From contig CM038998.1 of NCBI GenBank assembly GCA_017499595.2, positions 2,356,001-2,420,000 of the forward strand: DNA of 64,000 nt, read 5' to 3'. The stretch comes from Psilocybe cubensis (Eukaryota). Position 1 is the stretch's first letter. Each line of letters opens with the position of its first letter. The notes beneath the pieces were generated by a model. The model had not been told where the DNA came from. It saw only the letters and a program-made list of their open reading frames with translations, and searched no databases. A program made the position numbers and the translations under genes. Positions 63,066-64,000 of the stretch are shown here, piece by piece.

Positions 63066-64000
63066 AGTGGGTCGTAAGATTCTAAGAGACAGGGGGTGCA
63101 TAATAGAGAACTCAACTTTATACATTTATAATTGGAAGCAGGTGTTGATGAAACTAAGAAGCCTAATTAAGGCCGAAAATGAACGGACCGCAGCCGAGTC
63201 CAAACTTAGCTCGTTGCTGCCTTACATTGTGCAGCAGTTATACCACGCTTTCATCTTGCCCATTGCCCACCATGTCCCAAGACAGTTTCCCTGCTTTGCC
63301 TGGCTTCTATCGTCTTTTGTTTCTTTATCTGGAGCCAAGTAAGCTATAAACTCCTTCTTATTGCATATTTCTCCAACACGTTCATGGCTAGTGTCAACCA
63401 TAGCGCCATTCCTCATGGTGTGGATTTCCCCAGGCTCTGCCTGGTTCCACCACGAACTTATTCCATCCGACAATGGCCCCACTGGTGTGTTGTCACCGAG
63501 AACTCAGATGGCTATTTGGCAGTTAGCAAATTGTGAGTCGGCTGTTGAGGTCAACCTCATCCTCAACTTCGTCTTCGCCCTATTCTGATACGGAACGCTA
63601 TGCCATGTTTACCAGGCTACCTACTTTTGGGTCTGATTTCCTCTTTGGTCTTCCGTTCTGTGCGAGATGCACTTCCCAACAATCCAGCTGCACAAGAGCG
63701 CATCTTGGGGGCTAGCTTTCTCGCTCTCGGTATCGCAGATGTAAGCGGTTATCATTCTTGTTGTGACCGGTAACTGATTGCGTTGCGGTTGTGCAATTTT
63801 CTACGTCTGATATCCTCAGCTGACGCAGTACGTTATTCCTAAAGTTTTTGTCATTGAGACGGATCCATACTAAATTCGTTTCCCTCAGCATCATTGCTAC
63901 ATTTATCGGTCTCCCAGCGGATTTGAGATACACTCCTTTTTTGTGGAATACAATGACTCATGGCAATATCACAGTTGTCGTTGCTCTGTTCTTATTTAGG

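Noticed and set aside
63222..64000. Possible 3' part of a minus-strand gene at the window end
   Set aside because: Could not build a consistent spliced frame or recognise a family
1..64000. Secondary-metabolite cluster, transposon, tRNA/rRNA or CRISPR array
   Set aside because: No PKS/NRPS/terpene/RiPP precursor, transposase/RT, tRNA-like or repeat-spacer pattern recognised by eye; a tRNAscan/Rfam run would be needed to exclude small RNAs

Overview
Gene-dense, intron-rich eukaryotic DNA. The short (~50-60 nt) introns, microexons and protein sequences point to a mushroom-forming basidiomycete (Agaricomycetes; inferred). About 27 protein-coding genes can be reconstructed, mostly conserved housekeeping genes: MFAP1, a BTB protein, TRS31, a class-1 DHODH-like flavoenzyme, an HMG-box TF, a truncated cullin, UVRAG/Vps38, PUF4, HEM3, UBE2W, a copper-fist TF, NFU1, ALG1, SDO1, RVS167, ISA1, a rhodanese-PTP, TOP2, GCN20, a secreted G/N-repeat protein, SAP30, ARO2 and a UPF0052/CofD-like gene. 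I recognised no tRNA, rRNA, transposon or CRISPR array. Most notable: (1) a 13.5-kb metal-cofactor neighbourhood (HEM3, copper-fist TF, NFU1, ISA1) whose iron-consuming genes carry CCAAT or CBC:HapX-like promoter sites; (2) a decayed tandem HEM3 copy; (3) a 1-nt frameshift beside the catalytic motif of the DHODH-like gene; (4) an apparent GA-AG intron splitting the GCN20 Walker-B motif; (5) a CRE palindrome in the 79 bp between TOP2 and the PTP gene; (6) a secreted protein with a (GGNNGN)n repeat plus RG tail; (7) a possible T1-RNase-like relic. Exon boundaries were read by eye and are approximate.
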